A stretch of 64,000 nucleotides of DNA, taken from assembly GCA_000830315.1 (NCBI GenBank), contig CP010426.1:738496-802495 (forward strand). The letters are read 5' to 3'. Positions within the stretch are counted from its first letter, which is position 1. Each line of letters begins with the position of its first letter. Both the position numbers and the translations under genes were made by a program. The notes under the pieces were generated by a model. The model searched no databases, was not told the DNA's origin, and saw only the letters and a list, made by a program, of their open reading frames with translations. The DNA comes from an archaeon GW2011_AR20 (lineage in GTDB: Archaea > Nanobdellota > Nanobdellia > SCGC-AAA011-G17 > GW2011-AR20). Of this stretch, positions 47,759-58,055 are shown piece by piece.

Positions 47759-49024
47759 ATGAAGAAATTATTTTACATTTTAATTCTTTTATTAATCTTA
47801 ATTCAAGTAGATGCAAAACAATTAACCAGAGAGATAAATCCAAGCAGTTATGGTAATTCAATAGAAAATATTGAGGAAAAACTATCAAGTTTAATTACGG
47901 TCAATTTTGAAGTAAAAGATAGCTTTGGAAATTCCTTAGAAAATGTTTTAATAATTATTCAGGGAATTACGAATCAGCAGTTTACCGCCCAATTATTAAC
48001 CAACGTTAATGGTGAAGCTTCCATCAATTTAAATAAAAATGAAATATTTGTCTATGCAATTTACAAACTGGGCTATGAATCAATAAGCAATAATTTCTTT
48101 GCAAATTCAAATAAAGAGATTATTATAACTTTAAAGGAATTTCCAGAAGATGCCTGGTATTTCTACTATGAGAATAATGGGGAAATTGAAGTTAAATTTA
48201 AAAGTTTGGACCAAGACACAAATTATATTCCTGGAGAATATATTAACGAGATATTAGAAGTTAAGAATATAGCAGGAAAAAACCTTGATTTATTAAGAGA
48301 AGAGAGTTCTTTAATAACAGTTGATAGTTCAACATTAAAGAGAGTAAGATGGTGGGGAGGATTAAGACCCCAAGATGTATTAATAGATTTAACGCTTAAA
48401 AAAGACGGATGGCTCAAGTCTACTGTAAAAGATGGGGTTTTGGAGGTATGTGTAGGAAATGCAATAGGAAAATATAAAGGCCAGCCTTTTGATGTTAGCG
48501 GAAACGAGTTTATATGCAAAACAGATAAAGCAGAGAATTTAATTCCTGATTGGATATTAAGAAATAACTACAAAATTAATTTCAATTTGACATATTTGAT
48601 TGATGGGCAAAAAAAGAATTTTTATTTATTGACCCAAGATTTTTTTATAGATAATTCAGAATGGACGCCAGAAATGGAACTAATAAGTCCAGGCATGCTA
48701 TACATAATAAACAAAGAGATAACTTATAGCATCCCAATGGAATATCCTGCTCATTTTGTTTATTATTCCTTATCAGAGGCTCCTGCGGGAATGAAAATAG
48801 ACGGCGTAAACGGGATAATAAAATGGACTCCAACTGAAGCTGGGAGGTATAAGGTGGTTGTAAGGGCATATTATCCTTATTTCGAAGATGATTCAAGAAT
48901 AGCATACACTGATGGAGAATTTTCTATAAGGGTTGTGAAAAGCATTTGCCCTACAGCTGACAGAAAAAAGATTCTCCAACCAATATATGATTCTTTAGGA
49001 GAAGTTAAAGTTTACTGTAGGTAA
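47759..49024 (+). CDS. Secreted protein with carboxypeptidase-regulatory-like and Ig (He_PIG-like) domains
   Basis: V.D..G..LENV.I...TNVNGEA; YSL..APAGMKID..NGIIKWTP. Confidence 0.7.
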   Translation: MKKLFYILILLLILIQVDAKQLTREINPSSYGNSIENIEEKLSSLITVNFEVKDSFGNSLENVLIIIQGITNQQFTAQLLTNVNGEASINLNKNEIFVYAIYKLGYESISNNFFANSNKEIIITLKEFPEDAWYFYYENNGEIEVKFKSLDQDTNYIPGEYINEILEVKNIAGKNLDLLREESSLITVDSSTLKRVRWWGGLRPQDVLIDLTLKKDGWLKSTVKDGVLEVCVGNAIGKYKGQPFDVSGNEFICKTDKAENLIPDWILRNNYKINFNLTYLIDGQKKNFYLLTQDFFIDNSEWTPEMELISPGMLYIINKEITYSIPMEYPAHFVYYSLSEAPAGMKIDGVNGIIKWTPTEAGRYKVVVRAYYPYFEDDSRIAYTDGEFSIRVVKSICPTADRKKILQPIYDSLGEVKVYCR

Positions 49025-49028
49025 TATA

Positions 49029-50105
49029 ATGAAACTAAAATATTTTCTTCCTTTTTTTGTATTTTTTGGGGCTAACGCCCAGTTCAAAATAGAAGCAAAT
49101 AGATATTCCTTGGATACGAAATCCAGCTATGTTGATATTGCTGTTAGAGATACGTTCGGGCTAGAGGATTTTGTAAACATAAAAGGAGATGCAAGACTGA
49201 AATATGGAGAAAATGCCTTATATGTTTCCAGAAACGGTTTATTAAATCATTCTTACGGAACCGGATTAAATGTATGGAATTTTAGAGGATATTTTAACCA
49301 TTCGCTACAAAATTTAAAGACAGAAACCACAAACATTCAGGAGTCACCCATAGGAAGAATTAGTGTTAAAAACACTTTGCTGGATGACAGCAATGGTTTT
49401 GATTTTGGATTTGGTTTAGATTACAAAGATTATTTTGTTATGTATGAAGATGCTGAACAAAAAAGGCAGATAGATGGAGAAACACTTATAAAAATCGAAG
49501 GGCAGGAACCAGAATTGATTCCATTTGAAATAGGTTTTCAGAACTCTAGCGAACTTTATAGTATTGGATTTAAATATGGTTTTTTCAAATTTATAAAAAA
49601 TAAAAACAGTGAAAATAAGTTTTATAACTATTTTATAGGAGCCATGCATAAAGGGTTAAATGTTTATTATGGAAATGATTGGAATGGTTTCTTCATATTT
49701 AATATTATTTCACAAGAAGAAGAATTCCTAGAAATTAGTTTTATTCCAGAAATAAATTTAAATTTAAGTTATGATAAAAAACTTAAATTAAGTCTTTCAA
49801 CAGGAGACTACTCTAAGTTAGATTTAAAAAAATTTGAGAGAACGTTGGAGGATAGATTAAGGGCTGCTCCGAGAATACATGACATTAACCTGGAGATTTT
49901 AACGGGCCATGTAAGGGATATGTTTTTTACAGATTTATTTGGTTTTTATTTAGATAAAGATAATTTTGAGGCAAATCTCAACTTTCATAATTTGTTAGCA
50001 CATTATTCCAAAGACTCAAAAAAGATTGGCTTGAAATATGATTTTGCAATAGTCACTTACGATATAAAACAAAAAGAATTAAAATTTGGAGTGTTCATTA
50101 ATTAG
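49029..50105 (+). CDS. Secreted beta-strand-rich protein (beta-barrel-like pattern)
   Basis: Signal peptide; alternating F/G/Y patterns (FDFGFGLDY, YSIGFKY, IGLKY); C-terminal LKFGVFIN. Confidence 0.6.
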   Translation: MKLKYFLPFFVFFGANAQFKIEANRYSLDTKSSYVDIAVRDTFGLEDFVNIKGDARLKYGENALYVSRNGLLNHSYGTGLNVWNFRGYFNHSLQNLKTETTNIQESPIGRISVKNTLLDDSNGFDFGFGLDYKDYFVMYEDAEQKRQIDGETLIKIEGQEPELIPFEIGFQNSSELYSIGFKYGFFKFIKNKNSENKFYNYFIGAMHKGLNVYYGNDWNGFFIFNIISQEEEFLEISFIPEINLNLSYDKKLKLSLSTGDYSKLDLKKFERTLEDRLRAAPRIHDINLEILTGHVRDMFFTDLFGFYLDKDNFEANLNFHNLLAHYSKDSKKIGLKYDFAIVTYDIKQKELKFGVFIN

Positions 50106-50161
50106 AAACAAAGGAATTTCCAAACAAAAGATTTAAATCAAAGAAAAAATATTAAATTTCA

Positions 50162-50686
50162 ATGAAAAGAGGCGTTATTTTACTGTTTATCTTATTATTA
50201 ATTAGTTTAGCAAGTGCTCAATACATCTTTAGTGTAGATGTTGAAGTAATGCCAAAATTTATTTCTGCAGGTGATAATATTATCGTTAATACAAATATAA
50301 AAAGTATAGGTATAAGTTCTGATAGGGTTGATATTAAAATAAGTTATGAAATCGTAGGTGAAAATGATGAATTAATCAATAAAAGTGATAGGATAATAGA
50401 TATAAAAAGTTCTACCAAGGCTATACAAACATCTTTAAGTGTAAGTGAAGTTTTTAAGTTATCAGAGAATCTAAAATCAGGTAACTATAAGGTCATTGCT
50501 AAGGTTGATTATCGGGGTAATAAGACATCCAATTCAGATTCATTTTTTGTAACAAAAAATACTTTTCTGGTTAAATTAAATAAATTGGTAAATGATAACC
50601 CGATAATTTTTATAATACTTCTCCTTATAATCATTGTAATCTCAATATGGCGGATAATACATCATTATCATTTGAATCATAAATAA
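50162..50686 (+). CDS. Membrane-anchored Ig-like surface protein
   Basis: Signal peptide, SGNYKVIAKVDY, C-terminal TM. Confidence 0.7.
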   Translation: MKRGVILLFILLLISLASAQYIFSVDVEVMPKFISAGDNIIVNTNIKSIGISSDRVDIKISYEIVGENDELINKSDRIIDIKSSTKAIQTSLSVSEVFKLSENLKSGNYKVIAKVDYRGNKTSNSDSFFVTKNTFLVKLNKLVNDNPIIFIILLLIIIVISIWRIIHHYHLNHK

Positions 50687-50787
50687 TAACATTTTTCAAC
50701 TGAGCCAAAAGCAAAAGAAAACTTTATAAACCCAGAATCCTAAATAATATTGGATGAGAAAGAAGAAAAGGTTCTTTCTAGAAAATA

Positions 50788-51111
50788 ATGAAAAACTTAT
50801 TGCCCAGTTTACGGGAAAGTAACAGATATGTAGCGTTTGAATTAATCTCAAACAATAAAATAGACTCAAAGGAGGTCGAAAAAGGCTTAGAAAAGGAAAT
50901 TTTGGGCTTTTTTGGGGCATTAGAGTTGGCAAAAAGCTCCTTTAAGTTGATAAATTTCAAGAAAGACAAAGGAATAATAAAAGTGAACAGAAAATATTTA
51001 AGCAAATTAAAGGCAGCCTTAACATTAACAAATAATATAAATAACAAAAAAATCATGATAAAAAGTCTTGCGACATCGGGAATATTAAAAAAGGCCAAAT
51101 CAAGATTATAA
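50788..51111 (+). CDS. rnp2: RNase P protein Rpp14/Pop5
   Basis: LPSLRESNRYVAF, TSGILKKA. Confidence 0.9.
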   Translation: MKNLLPSLRESNRYVAFELISNNKIDSKEVEKGLEKEILGFFGALELAKSSFKLINFKKDKGIIKVNRKYLSKLKAALTLTNNINNKKIMIKSLATSGILKKAKSRL

Positions 51112-51112
51112 A

Positions 51113-51838
51113 ATGGAGGAAAAAATGGAAACAATGCAACACCAGATGATGGGTTATGATCGTACTAGCACCATGTTCAGTCCAGACGGAAGATTATTAC
51201 AAGTTGAATATGCTAAAAAAACAGTAAAACAAGGATCGAGTGCAATAGGAATAGTATGCAGAGACGGAGTTTTGCTTGTAGCTGATAAAAGAATTAATGA
51301 GCCGTTAGTTGTTCCTGCATCAGTTGAGAAAGTTTTCCAGGTTGACGAACACATTGGAGCATCTGCATCTGGGATATTATCCGACGGAAGAATTTTAATT
51401 GACCGTGCAAGGTTATTGGCACAGCAGCACAGGGTAACTTACGATGAGCCGATGGATACGGCTTCTTTAGTAAAAGATATTTGTGATATTAAGCAACAAT
51501 TCACCCAATTTGGGGGAGCGCGTCCGTTTGGTGTTTCTATATTGTTTGCAGGTGTTAATTCAGAGCCGGAATTATTTTTGACAGATCCAACCGGAATTTA
51601 TTTCCAGTATAAGGCAACTGCGATAGGAGAGGCAGAAAATGAAATTAAGGAAGTGCTTAATAAAGAGTATAAAGACACAATGGACTTGAATGAGGGATTA
51701 AAATTAGCTGTTCGCGCATTAAAAAAAGTTCTTGGAAAAGACTTTGACATTAAAAGGATAGACGGAGCGTATATCAAATTAGATGAGAAGCAGTTTAGGA
51801 AATTTGACACAAAATATCTGGCAAAAATAATAAAGTAA
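51113..51838 (+). CDS. psmA: Proteasome subunit alpha
   Basis: GYDRTSTMFSPDGRLLQVEYA, RPFGVS. Confidence 0.97.
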   Translation: MEEKMETMQHQMMGYDRTSTMFSPDGRLLQVEYAKKTVKQGSSAIGIVCRDGVLLVADKRINEPLVVPASVEKVFQVDEHIGASASGILSDGRILIDRARLLAQQHRVTYDEPMDTASLVKDICDIKQQFTQFGGARPFGVSILFAGVNSEPELFLTDPTGIYFQYKATAIGEAENEIKEVLNKEYKDTMDLNEGLKLAVRALKKVLGKDFDIKRIDGAYIKLDEKQFRKFDTKYLAKIIK

Positions 51839-51839
51839 A

Positions 51840-52544
51840 ATGATGAATATAGAAGATGCAGTAATTGCGAAATTAAATAAGCAGGGATTAAATTTTGAGA
51901 TTCTTGTAGATTGCGAAAAAGCAATGGAATTCAAGCATGGTGCAAGCATAGATGTAAATGATATAGTTGTTTCTGGAATGACCCTTTTCAAGGACGTTAA
52001 GAAAGGGGAAAAGGCAAATGAGCACGACATCCAGAGATTATTCGGAACCAAGGATAATACTGAGGTTATAAAAAAAATAATTAGGGACGGGGAGGTCCAG
52101 TTAACAAAAGAGTACAAAGATAAGCTAAGGGAGGAAAAAAGAAGAAGTGTAATCAATTTAATCCACCGCTACTCAATAAACCCTATAAATAATTTGCCGC
52201 ATCCTCCGCAGAGAATTGAGGCTGCAATAGAAGAAGCAAAGGTTAAAATTGATGAATTCAAGAAAGCTGAGGAGCAGGTCAAGGATATTATAAGCAAAAT
52301 TAACAGGGTCTTGCCAATAAGATACGAGATAAGGGATGTTGAAATAAGGATTCCTGCCAAGTTTGCCGGTAAAACTTACTCAACATTAAAGCAATTCGGA
52401 ACAATGCTTAAGGATGAATGGCAGAATGACGGAAGTTTATTAAGTGTATTGGAAATACCAGCTGGATTAACAGCTGATTTATTTGATAAATTAAATTCAT
52501 TAACTCATGGAGAAGTTGAAACAAAAATAATTGCAACGAAATAA
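51840..52544 (+). CDS. Ribosome assembly factor SBDS/SDO1
   Basis: FEILVD, GEVQLT, PHPPQRIE. Confidence 0.95.
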   Translation: MMNIEDAVIAKLNKQGLNFEILVDCEKAMEFKHGASIDVNDIVVSGMTLFKDVKKGEKANEHDIQRLFGTKDNTEVIKKIIRDGEVQLTKEYKDKLREEKRRSVINLIHRYSINPINNLPHPPQRIEAAIEEAKVKIDEFKKAEEQVKDIISKINRVLPIRYEIRDVEIRIPAKFAGKTYSTLKQFGTMLKDEWQNDGSLLSVLEIPAGLTADLFDKLNSLTHGEVETKIIATK

Positions 52545-52545
52545 A

Positions 52546-53229
52546 ATGACAAAATTATTAATAAATGAAAGGGAAATTGTGGTGCCGGGAGAAGAGCTGG
52601 CAGAAGGAATGGATTTCCTGCCAAGCCATGGAACTTACCGTGATAAAGACAAGATTGTTTCAAGCAAGCTTGGAGTTGTAAGCGTAAATAAAACTATAAT
52701 AAAAGTTATCCCATTAACAGGAAGATATATGCCGAAAATAGATGATATTGTAATCGGAAGGGTAATTGAAATCGGGTTTTATGGCTGGAGCGTTGACATC
52801 GGAAGCGCTTATCCTGCCACATTGTCTATAAGAGATGCCACTGAATTCATTGATAAAGGGGAGAACTTAACAAAATACTATGATTATGGCGATATTCTGG
52901 CAGCCCAGGTAATCAGAACAACAAGATATAATTCAATTGACATAACAACAAAAGGACCTGGATTGAAAAAATTATCCGGCGGCAAGGTAATTGAGGTTAC
53001 GCCAAGCAAGGTTCCGAGAATGATCGGAAAACAAGGAAGCATGATTTCAATGATAAAGGATGCAACAGGTTGTAATATCCTGATTGGGCAGAACGGAAGA
53101 GTCTGGATCAAGGGAACAAATCTGGAAAACGAAAATTTGGTAACAAAAACCATCATGAAGATTGAAGAAGAATCACACATAGACGGATTAACTGACAAGA
53201 TAAAGAAATTATTGGAGAGCAAAAAGTAA
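52546..53229 (+). CDS. rrp4: Exosome RNA-binding protein Rrp4
   Basis: VVPGEEL, S1 domain, KVPRMIGKQGSMI, IGQNGRVWI. Confidence 0.95.
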   Translation: MTKLLINEREIVVPGEELAEGMDFLPSHGTYRDKDKIVSSKLGVVSVNKTIIKVIPLTGRYMPKIDDIVIGRVIEIGFYGWSVDIGSAYPATLSIRDATEFIDKGENLTKYYDYGDILAAQVIRTTRYNSIDITTKGPGLKKLSGGKVIEVTPSKVPRMIGKQGSMISMIKDATGCNILIGQNGRVWIKGTNLENENLVTKTIMKIEEESHIDGLTDKIKKLLESKK

Positions 53230-53230
53230 A

Positions 53231-53938
53231 ATGGCGGGTTATGATAAAAGATTTTCAGGAAGAAAATTTGATGAGATGAGGGAAATAGAAGCAAAAGTTG
53301 GTGTAATTAAAAGAGCAGACGGCTCTGCATTGTTCAGAATGGGAGACACAATCGCAATTGCGGCTGTTTACGGTCCCAGGGAATTACATCCGAGGTTTTT
53401 GCAGAATCCCGAAACAGGAATTTTAAGATGCAATTATGATATGACATCGTTCTCTGTTCCAGAAAGAAAAAGACCAGGACCAAACAGGAGGGGCGTTGAA
53501 ATTTCTCTGGTTACTGAAAAGGCTTTATTGCCTGTATTGGAATTAAAGCAATTTCCAAATGCGGTTGTAGACGTATTTGTTGAAATCGTGCAGGCAAACG
53601 CAGGAACAAGATGCGCTGGAATTTCCGCAGCTGCGTTAGCATTAGCGCATGCTGGAATCCCAATGAAAGATCTGGTTTCTGCTGTCTCGGTTGGAAAAGT
53701 CAGCGGAAAGGTCTTAATTGATTTGGATAAAGAAGAAGAAGATGTTGATGATGCCACCGATATTCCGATTGCAATGACAGGAAGAAAGCAGGAGATAACA
53801 TTATTGCAGTTAGATGGTAATTTAGCAAAAAAAGATTTGATGGAAGCTATAAAATTAGCAAAGCAGGGTTGCGAAAAAATAAACAAAATCCAGCAAAAAG
53901 CGTTAAAAGATGCTTACAAGAGCGTGAAAAATGAATAA
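53231..53938 (+). CDS. rrp41: Exosome subunit Rrp41
   Basis: RADGSA, VYGPRE, AGTRCA. Confidence 0.95.
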   Translation: MAGYDKRFSGRKFDEMREIEAKVGVIKRADGSALFRMGDTIAIAAVYGPRELHPRFLQNPETGILRCNYDMTSFSVPERKRPGPNRRGVEISLVTEKALLPVLELKQFPNAVVDVFVEIVQANAGTRCAGISAAALALAHAGIPMKDLVSAVSVGKVSGKVLIDLDKEEEDVDDATDIPIAMTGRKQEITLLQLDGNLAKKDLMEAIKLAKQGCEKINKIQQKALKDAYKSVKNE

Positions 53939-54692
53939 CGATTACATAATATCACTTATACAACAGGATAAAAGAGTAGACGAGAGAAAATTTGATGAGA
54001 TGAGGGAAATCGAGATAGAAACCAATATTTCAAAGAATGCAGAAGGAAGCGCCCGCTGCAAGATGGGGGATACAGAAGTTATGGTGGGAATTAAAATGGA
54101 TATTGGCGAGCCTTATCCAGATAACCCAGATGAAGGAACAATTATTGTGACAGCTGAATTATTGCCTTTGGCTTCTCCTGTATTTGAATTAGGACCCCCG
54201 GGACCCCAGGCAACTGAATTGGCAAGAATAGTTGATCGTGGAATAAGGGAAAGCAAGTGTTTAGATTTCAAAAAATTATGCATTAAGAAAGGAGAAAAAG
54301 TATGGATGGTTTTTATAGATATTTATCCTTTAAATGATGACGGCAATTTAATTGATGCAAGCGTGCTAGCAACATTAGCCGCCTTAAAAAATGCCAAGAT
54401 TCCAAAGGTAGAGAATGATGCGGTTGTATTCGGGGAATTTACAAACAAAAAACTTGAATTGAATAAACTGCCAATCACATTCACTTTTGGAAAGATAGGA
54501 AACAAAATCTTGCTTGACTTAAATTCAAAGGAGGAAAGTGTTATAGATTCAAGATTGAGCATTTCTGTAAATGAAGGAAATATTCACGCAATGCAAAAAG
54601 GCGGAGACAAGGTAATTACAATGGAAGAAGTTGAACAAATGGTTGATATGGCAATTAAAAAAGAAAAGGAGTTAAGGAGTTTGATAAAATGA
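53931..54692 (+). CDS. rrp42: Exosome subunit Rrp42
   Basis: NAEGSA, ARIVDRGIRES, DDGNLIDA. Confidence 0.95.
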   Translation: MNNDYIISLIQQDKRVDERKFDEMREIEIETNISKNAEGSARCKMGDTEVMVGIKMDIGEPYPDNPDEGTIIVTAELLPLASPVFELGPPGPQATELARIVDRGIRESKCLDFKKLCIKKGEKVWMVFIDIYPLNDDGNLIDASVLATLAALKNAKIPKVENDAVVFGEFTNKKLELNKLPITFTFGKIGNKILLDLNSKEESVIDSRLSISVNEGNIHAMQKGGDKVITMEEVEQMVDMAIKKEKELRSLIK

Positions 54693-54901
54693 TAGACCCA
54701 ACCATATTCAGCAAATATGAAAAGGCAAGAATCGTCGGAGCAAGAGCACTGCAAATTTCAATGGGTGCACCTTTATTATTGAATTTAAAGAAAGAGGATT
54801 TTGAGAAGATAAAATACAATCCAATTTCCATTGCAAGAATGGAGTTTGAAAAAGGCATCCTTCCAATAACAATCAAAAGGCCTTTGCCAAAAAGACATTA
54901 G
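54689..54901 (+). CDS. rpoK: DNA-directed RNA polymerase subunit K
   Basis: SKYEKARIVGARALQISMGAP. Confidence 0.95.
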   Translation: MIDPTIFSKYEKARIVGARALQISMGAPLLLNLKKEDFEKIKYNPISIARMEFEKGILPITIKRPLPKRH

Positions 54902-54915
54902 TTTTCTTTATTAAA

Positions 54916-55209
54916 ATGAAATACAACATAGACCTCAAAGAGAAGTATCCATGCATTGTTAAGGCAAATAAGCATTATGTTACTGTAATAAAGCTGGAGC
55001 ATGCCCCCAACGAGGATATTCTTTATCTGGAAAACAAAGACATAATCCATTTAAATTCAGATGGCTATGCACATTCAAGATTAATCGATTTCAGCAAAGA
55101 AGAGCTCAGGCATATTGTCAAGAAATATAGGGGAAATCCGGAAATTAACCTGAATGATTTGGTGGAATTAAAAACTTTGGAAAACATCTTGGTTAACATC
55201 AAAAAATAA
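54916..55209 (+). CDS. Hypothetical protein
   Basis: ORF co-oriented with the operon. Confidence 0.55.
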   Translation: MKYNIDLKEKYPCIVKANKHYVTVIKLEHAPNEDILYLENKDIIHLNSDGYAHSRLIDFSKEELRHIVKKYRGNPEINLNDLVELKTLENILVNIKK

Positions 55210-55228
55210 TTTTTATCAAAAGAATGAA

Positions 55229-55915
55229 ATGGAAATTGGAGAGATTAGGGGAAAATTAATACACTGCAACGGCATTGTAGAATGTGTAGAGCCTGATGAA
55301 GAGGGCTACAAGGAAGAAAATGGAATTGATTTTGAATCATTCAAAAATATTTTCTTTAAAGATTATAATTTAACTTATATTCTGGAATTAGCGCTGGAAT
55401 TTGGAATACATTTCCATATCGCAACACATACAATAAGAACAAATACGTGCAAAGAAAAGGCAAAGATTACAAGATTGCCTTTAGAACGGGTTATTAAGGG
55501 ATTTTATGTCTGGGATAATAAAACAGAGAATGTCTATGGTTTGGTCATTCCAGGAGACAGAACATACGTTAAATCCAAGGTTGCAGAAGCTGTTGGTATT
55601 AATAATGATGAATCTGAAACAAGAATAGAAAAATCAGAATGGCTGCCCGAATACATAGAGTATGGGACAGTACACCCTTTTATAAACACCGAAAGTTTTT
55701 CCCCAAATGGCAAGCTTGAATTAATATTATTTGACAGAAATTTCCTGAGAAAAAGGAATGAAGAAGGCGGATTAGATGATTTTTCTTTTACAACGCATCC
55801 GAGCACGGGCTATGATAATCATCGTTTGTCAATACAAATAAATTATTATGATGCTTTCAAAATTTTAACAAGTAAATTTTCAGAAAGAAAAGTCAAAGGT
55901 GTTGATTTATTTTAA
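55229..55915 (+). CDS. YbaK/ProX-like aminoacyl-tRNA editing-fold protein
   Basis: TCKEKAK...VIKG...LVIPGD...EYGTVHPF. Confidence 0.55.
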   Translation: MEIGEIRGKLIHCNGIVECVEPDEEGYKEENGIDFESFKNIFFKDYNLTYILELALEFGIHFHIATHTIRTNTCKEKAKITRLPLERVIKGFYVWDNKTENVYGLVIPGDRTYVKSKVAEAVGINNDESETRIEKSEWLPEYIEYGTVHPFINTESFSPNGKLELILFDRNFLRKRNEEGGLDDFSFTTHPSTGYDNHRLSIQINYYDAFKILTSKFSERKVKGVDLF

Positions 55916-56178
55916 AGATTGTATTTTAAACCCGCATGTTTAAGAAAGACCATTATATCTTCTTTCATCTTGTCAAATGAATTGTATCCAAAATCTTTTA
56001 ATGGATAGGGAAAATCTGAATGGTTATTTCCCAATGAACCGTTTCCCAGAATTACCATCTTGACGACCACATAATTATCGCCGAATAAAAATTCAAAAGA
56101 AACACCCTTGTTCTTCGCATTATATCCTTGCAATAATCCATTTTCCTGCTTCAATAACGCTTCTTCCAGTTTATCCAT
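55912..56178 (-). CDS. Hypothetical protein
   Basis: ORF with upstream TATA-like box. Confidence 0.5.
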   Translation of the reverse strand: MDKLEEALLKQENGLLQGYNAKNKGVSFEFLFGDNYVVVKMVILGNGSLGNNHSDFPYPLKDFGYNSFDKMKEDIMVFLKHAGLKYNL

Positions 56179-56210
56179 CTGAAAAATTTGGGATAATTAA
56201 TTATTTAAAA

Positions 56211-57419
56211 CTAGTGTTTTACATTTAAATAATAAGAATATTTTTTTGTTAAATACCTAAACATTAATGGGCTGATTAAAGTTATTATAAACGCCATTAC
56301 AACAATTGATGAAAACATTATGCCTGTGAATAATCCGACTTGCAATGCTAATTTTGCTATTACAACTTCCACATCTCCCCTTGAACTGATTCCAAATCCT
56401 ACAATTAATCCTTCTTTAAAAGTGCCTTTGCTTAGCAAAACTCCCAGAATACTCCCCCCCAATGTTCCGAGTAATCCGACAGCAAGGAATATTAAGACTA
56501 AATTAAAATCAGCCACTAAAGAAAACAAATCTGTTCTTAATCCGGCGTCGACAAAAAATATCGGAACAAGAAAACCGTATGATATTAAATGAATGGAATT
56601 CGCCATCGAATGCTCCTCCCACGGCTTTGGATGCTTTCCTGTAAGAAGTATCTGCCTTATGATCAAACCGGAAAAAATCGCACCTATTAATATTCCCAAT
56701 CCAAACAAATCAGATAATACTGCAGTTATCAAGGCTATAATAATTGCAGCAGAGAATAAGCTTGTATTTGACATGGATTTTTCAAAGAAGCCGAGTATGT
56801 GCGGGAAAATCAAAAATCTTAGCAAAAATAGTACCACAATAAAAACTGCAATGTTCAATAATCTTGTTGAAATTCCCAAGTAAGCTGAAGATGTGTTTAA
56901 AATCGCTAAAATAACGCTGACAAAGACCAGCTCAACCACATCATTTGTTGCGCCGCTTGTTATAATTAAACGTGCGATTTTTGTCTTGAATATCTTCAAT
57001 TCCTCGAGTAAAGTTATGGCAACAATCTGGGAAGTTGCTGCAAGTGTAATTCCGATAATTATGCTTGTAAGAATTTCAAATTTTAATACAAACCTTGATA
57101 TTAAAAAACCCGCTATTAAAGGAAATAGGAAATTAAACAATGACACCAGGAAGGATTCTTTTATGTTAAGTTTGAATTCCTTCAAGTTAATGTTTAATCC
57201 GACAAAGAAGAATAAGAATACTACAGCAATGTCTGCAAGAGAATTTAATAAAGTTAAAGATTCCTGGGTAAATATCTGCTGTTTTATTAAAGGAAGCCCG
57301 AGTATTAATCCGGCGAAAATATGCCCCAGAACCCTCGGCACTTTTATTAATTTGCAGAATTCGCCGAACAAAAACGCCAAAACAAGGACAATGCCTATTG
57401 CAAATAGCTCACTTACCAT
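56211..57419 (-). CDS. Cation:proton antiporter (CPA2/NapA-like)
   Basis: About 12 TM segments; GATNDV, LIGAIFSG, PIFF..AG, SRGDV. Confidence 0.9.
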   Translation of the reverse strand: MVSELFAIGIVLVLAFLFGEFCKLIKVPRVLGHIFAGLILGLPLIKQQIFTQESLTLLNSLADIAVVFLFFFVGLNINLKEFKLNIKESFLVSLFNFLFPLIAGFLISRFVLKFEILTSIIIGITLAATSQIVAITLLEELKIFKTKIARLIITSGATNDVVELVFVSVILAILNTSSAYLGISTRLLNIAVFIVVLFLLRFLIFPHILGFFEKSMSNTSLFSAAIIIALITAVLSDLFGLGILIGAIFSGLIIRQILLTGKHPKPWEEHSMANSIHLISYGFLVPIFFVDAGLRTDLFSLVADFNLVLIFLAVGLLGTLGGSILGVLLSKGTFKEGLIVGFGISSRGDVEVVIAKLALQVGLFTGIMFSSIVVMAFIITLISPLMFRYLTKKYSYYLNVKH

Positions 57420-57456
57420 ATTACCTCTTTTTAATATCTTAAGGAATCAGCAGTAT

Positions 57457-57822
57457 TTAAAATTTGTCTTTCTCTAATCTGTAAAGCGTAAGAATTCCAA
57501 GCTCGGGTACGTTAGCAGTATAGATTTTTTTCTTTAATAACCTCTTGTAATGAGGCAGGTATAAATTTAGTTCAAGGCTTTCTGCATTTTGCAAAGAACC
57601 GTTTGGTTTTAATGAGTAATCAATGTTTCTGTTGTTTAAATTTGAAAAATTTAATACAAACAGAATTGCATGCTCTGATTCATTTGTATGCGATTTATTC
57701 AGCTTTCTATCATTAACTATTAATTTTCCTTCTAATTTACCCTTCCTTCCTAACTCTATAGTTTCCTCTATGGTTAAAGGAACCCAAATTTGTGAATTAA
57801 TAGAAGATGCTTTTATTTTCAT
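57457..57822 (-). CDS. Hypothetical protein
   Basis: ORF with upstream TTTATAAA box. Confidence 0.5.
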   Translation of the reverse strand: MKIKASSINSQIWVPLTIEETIELGRKGKLEGKLIVNDRKLNKSHTNESEHAILFVLNFSNLNNRNIDYSLKPNGSLQNAESLELNLYLPHYKRLLKKKIYTANVPELGILTLYRLEKDKF

Positions 57823-57857
57823 CAGGCTTGCTTCAAATTAACCATTTATAAAGTTTT

Positions 57858-58055
57858 CTAGAGTTTTTCTGTAACTTCTATTATCCTTTCAGCAGATTGT
57901 ATCAGCTTATTTTTATACTCCTTTCTTTCTTTTTCATGCTCTTCTTTATACAATTCACCATTTCTAAGAAATCCGATCAGGAGTTTTCTGCTAACCTTTA
58001 AAAAATCTGCAATTTCATCAAATCCTTTTAAGTCACTTTCCTTTAACAATGCCAT
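57858..58055 (-). CDS. Small hypothetical protein
   Basis: ORF with upstream TTTAAATA box. Confidence 0.5.
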   Translation of the reverse strand: MALLKESDLKGFDEIADFLKVSRKLLIGFLRNGELYKEEHEKERKEYKNKLIQSAERIIEVTEKL

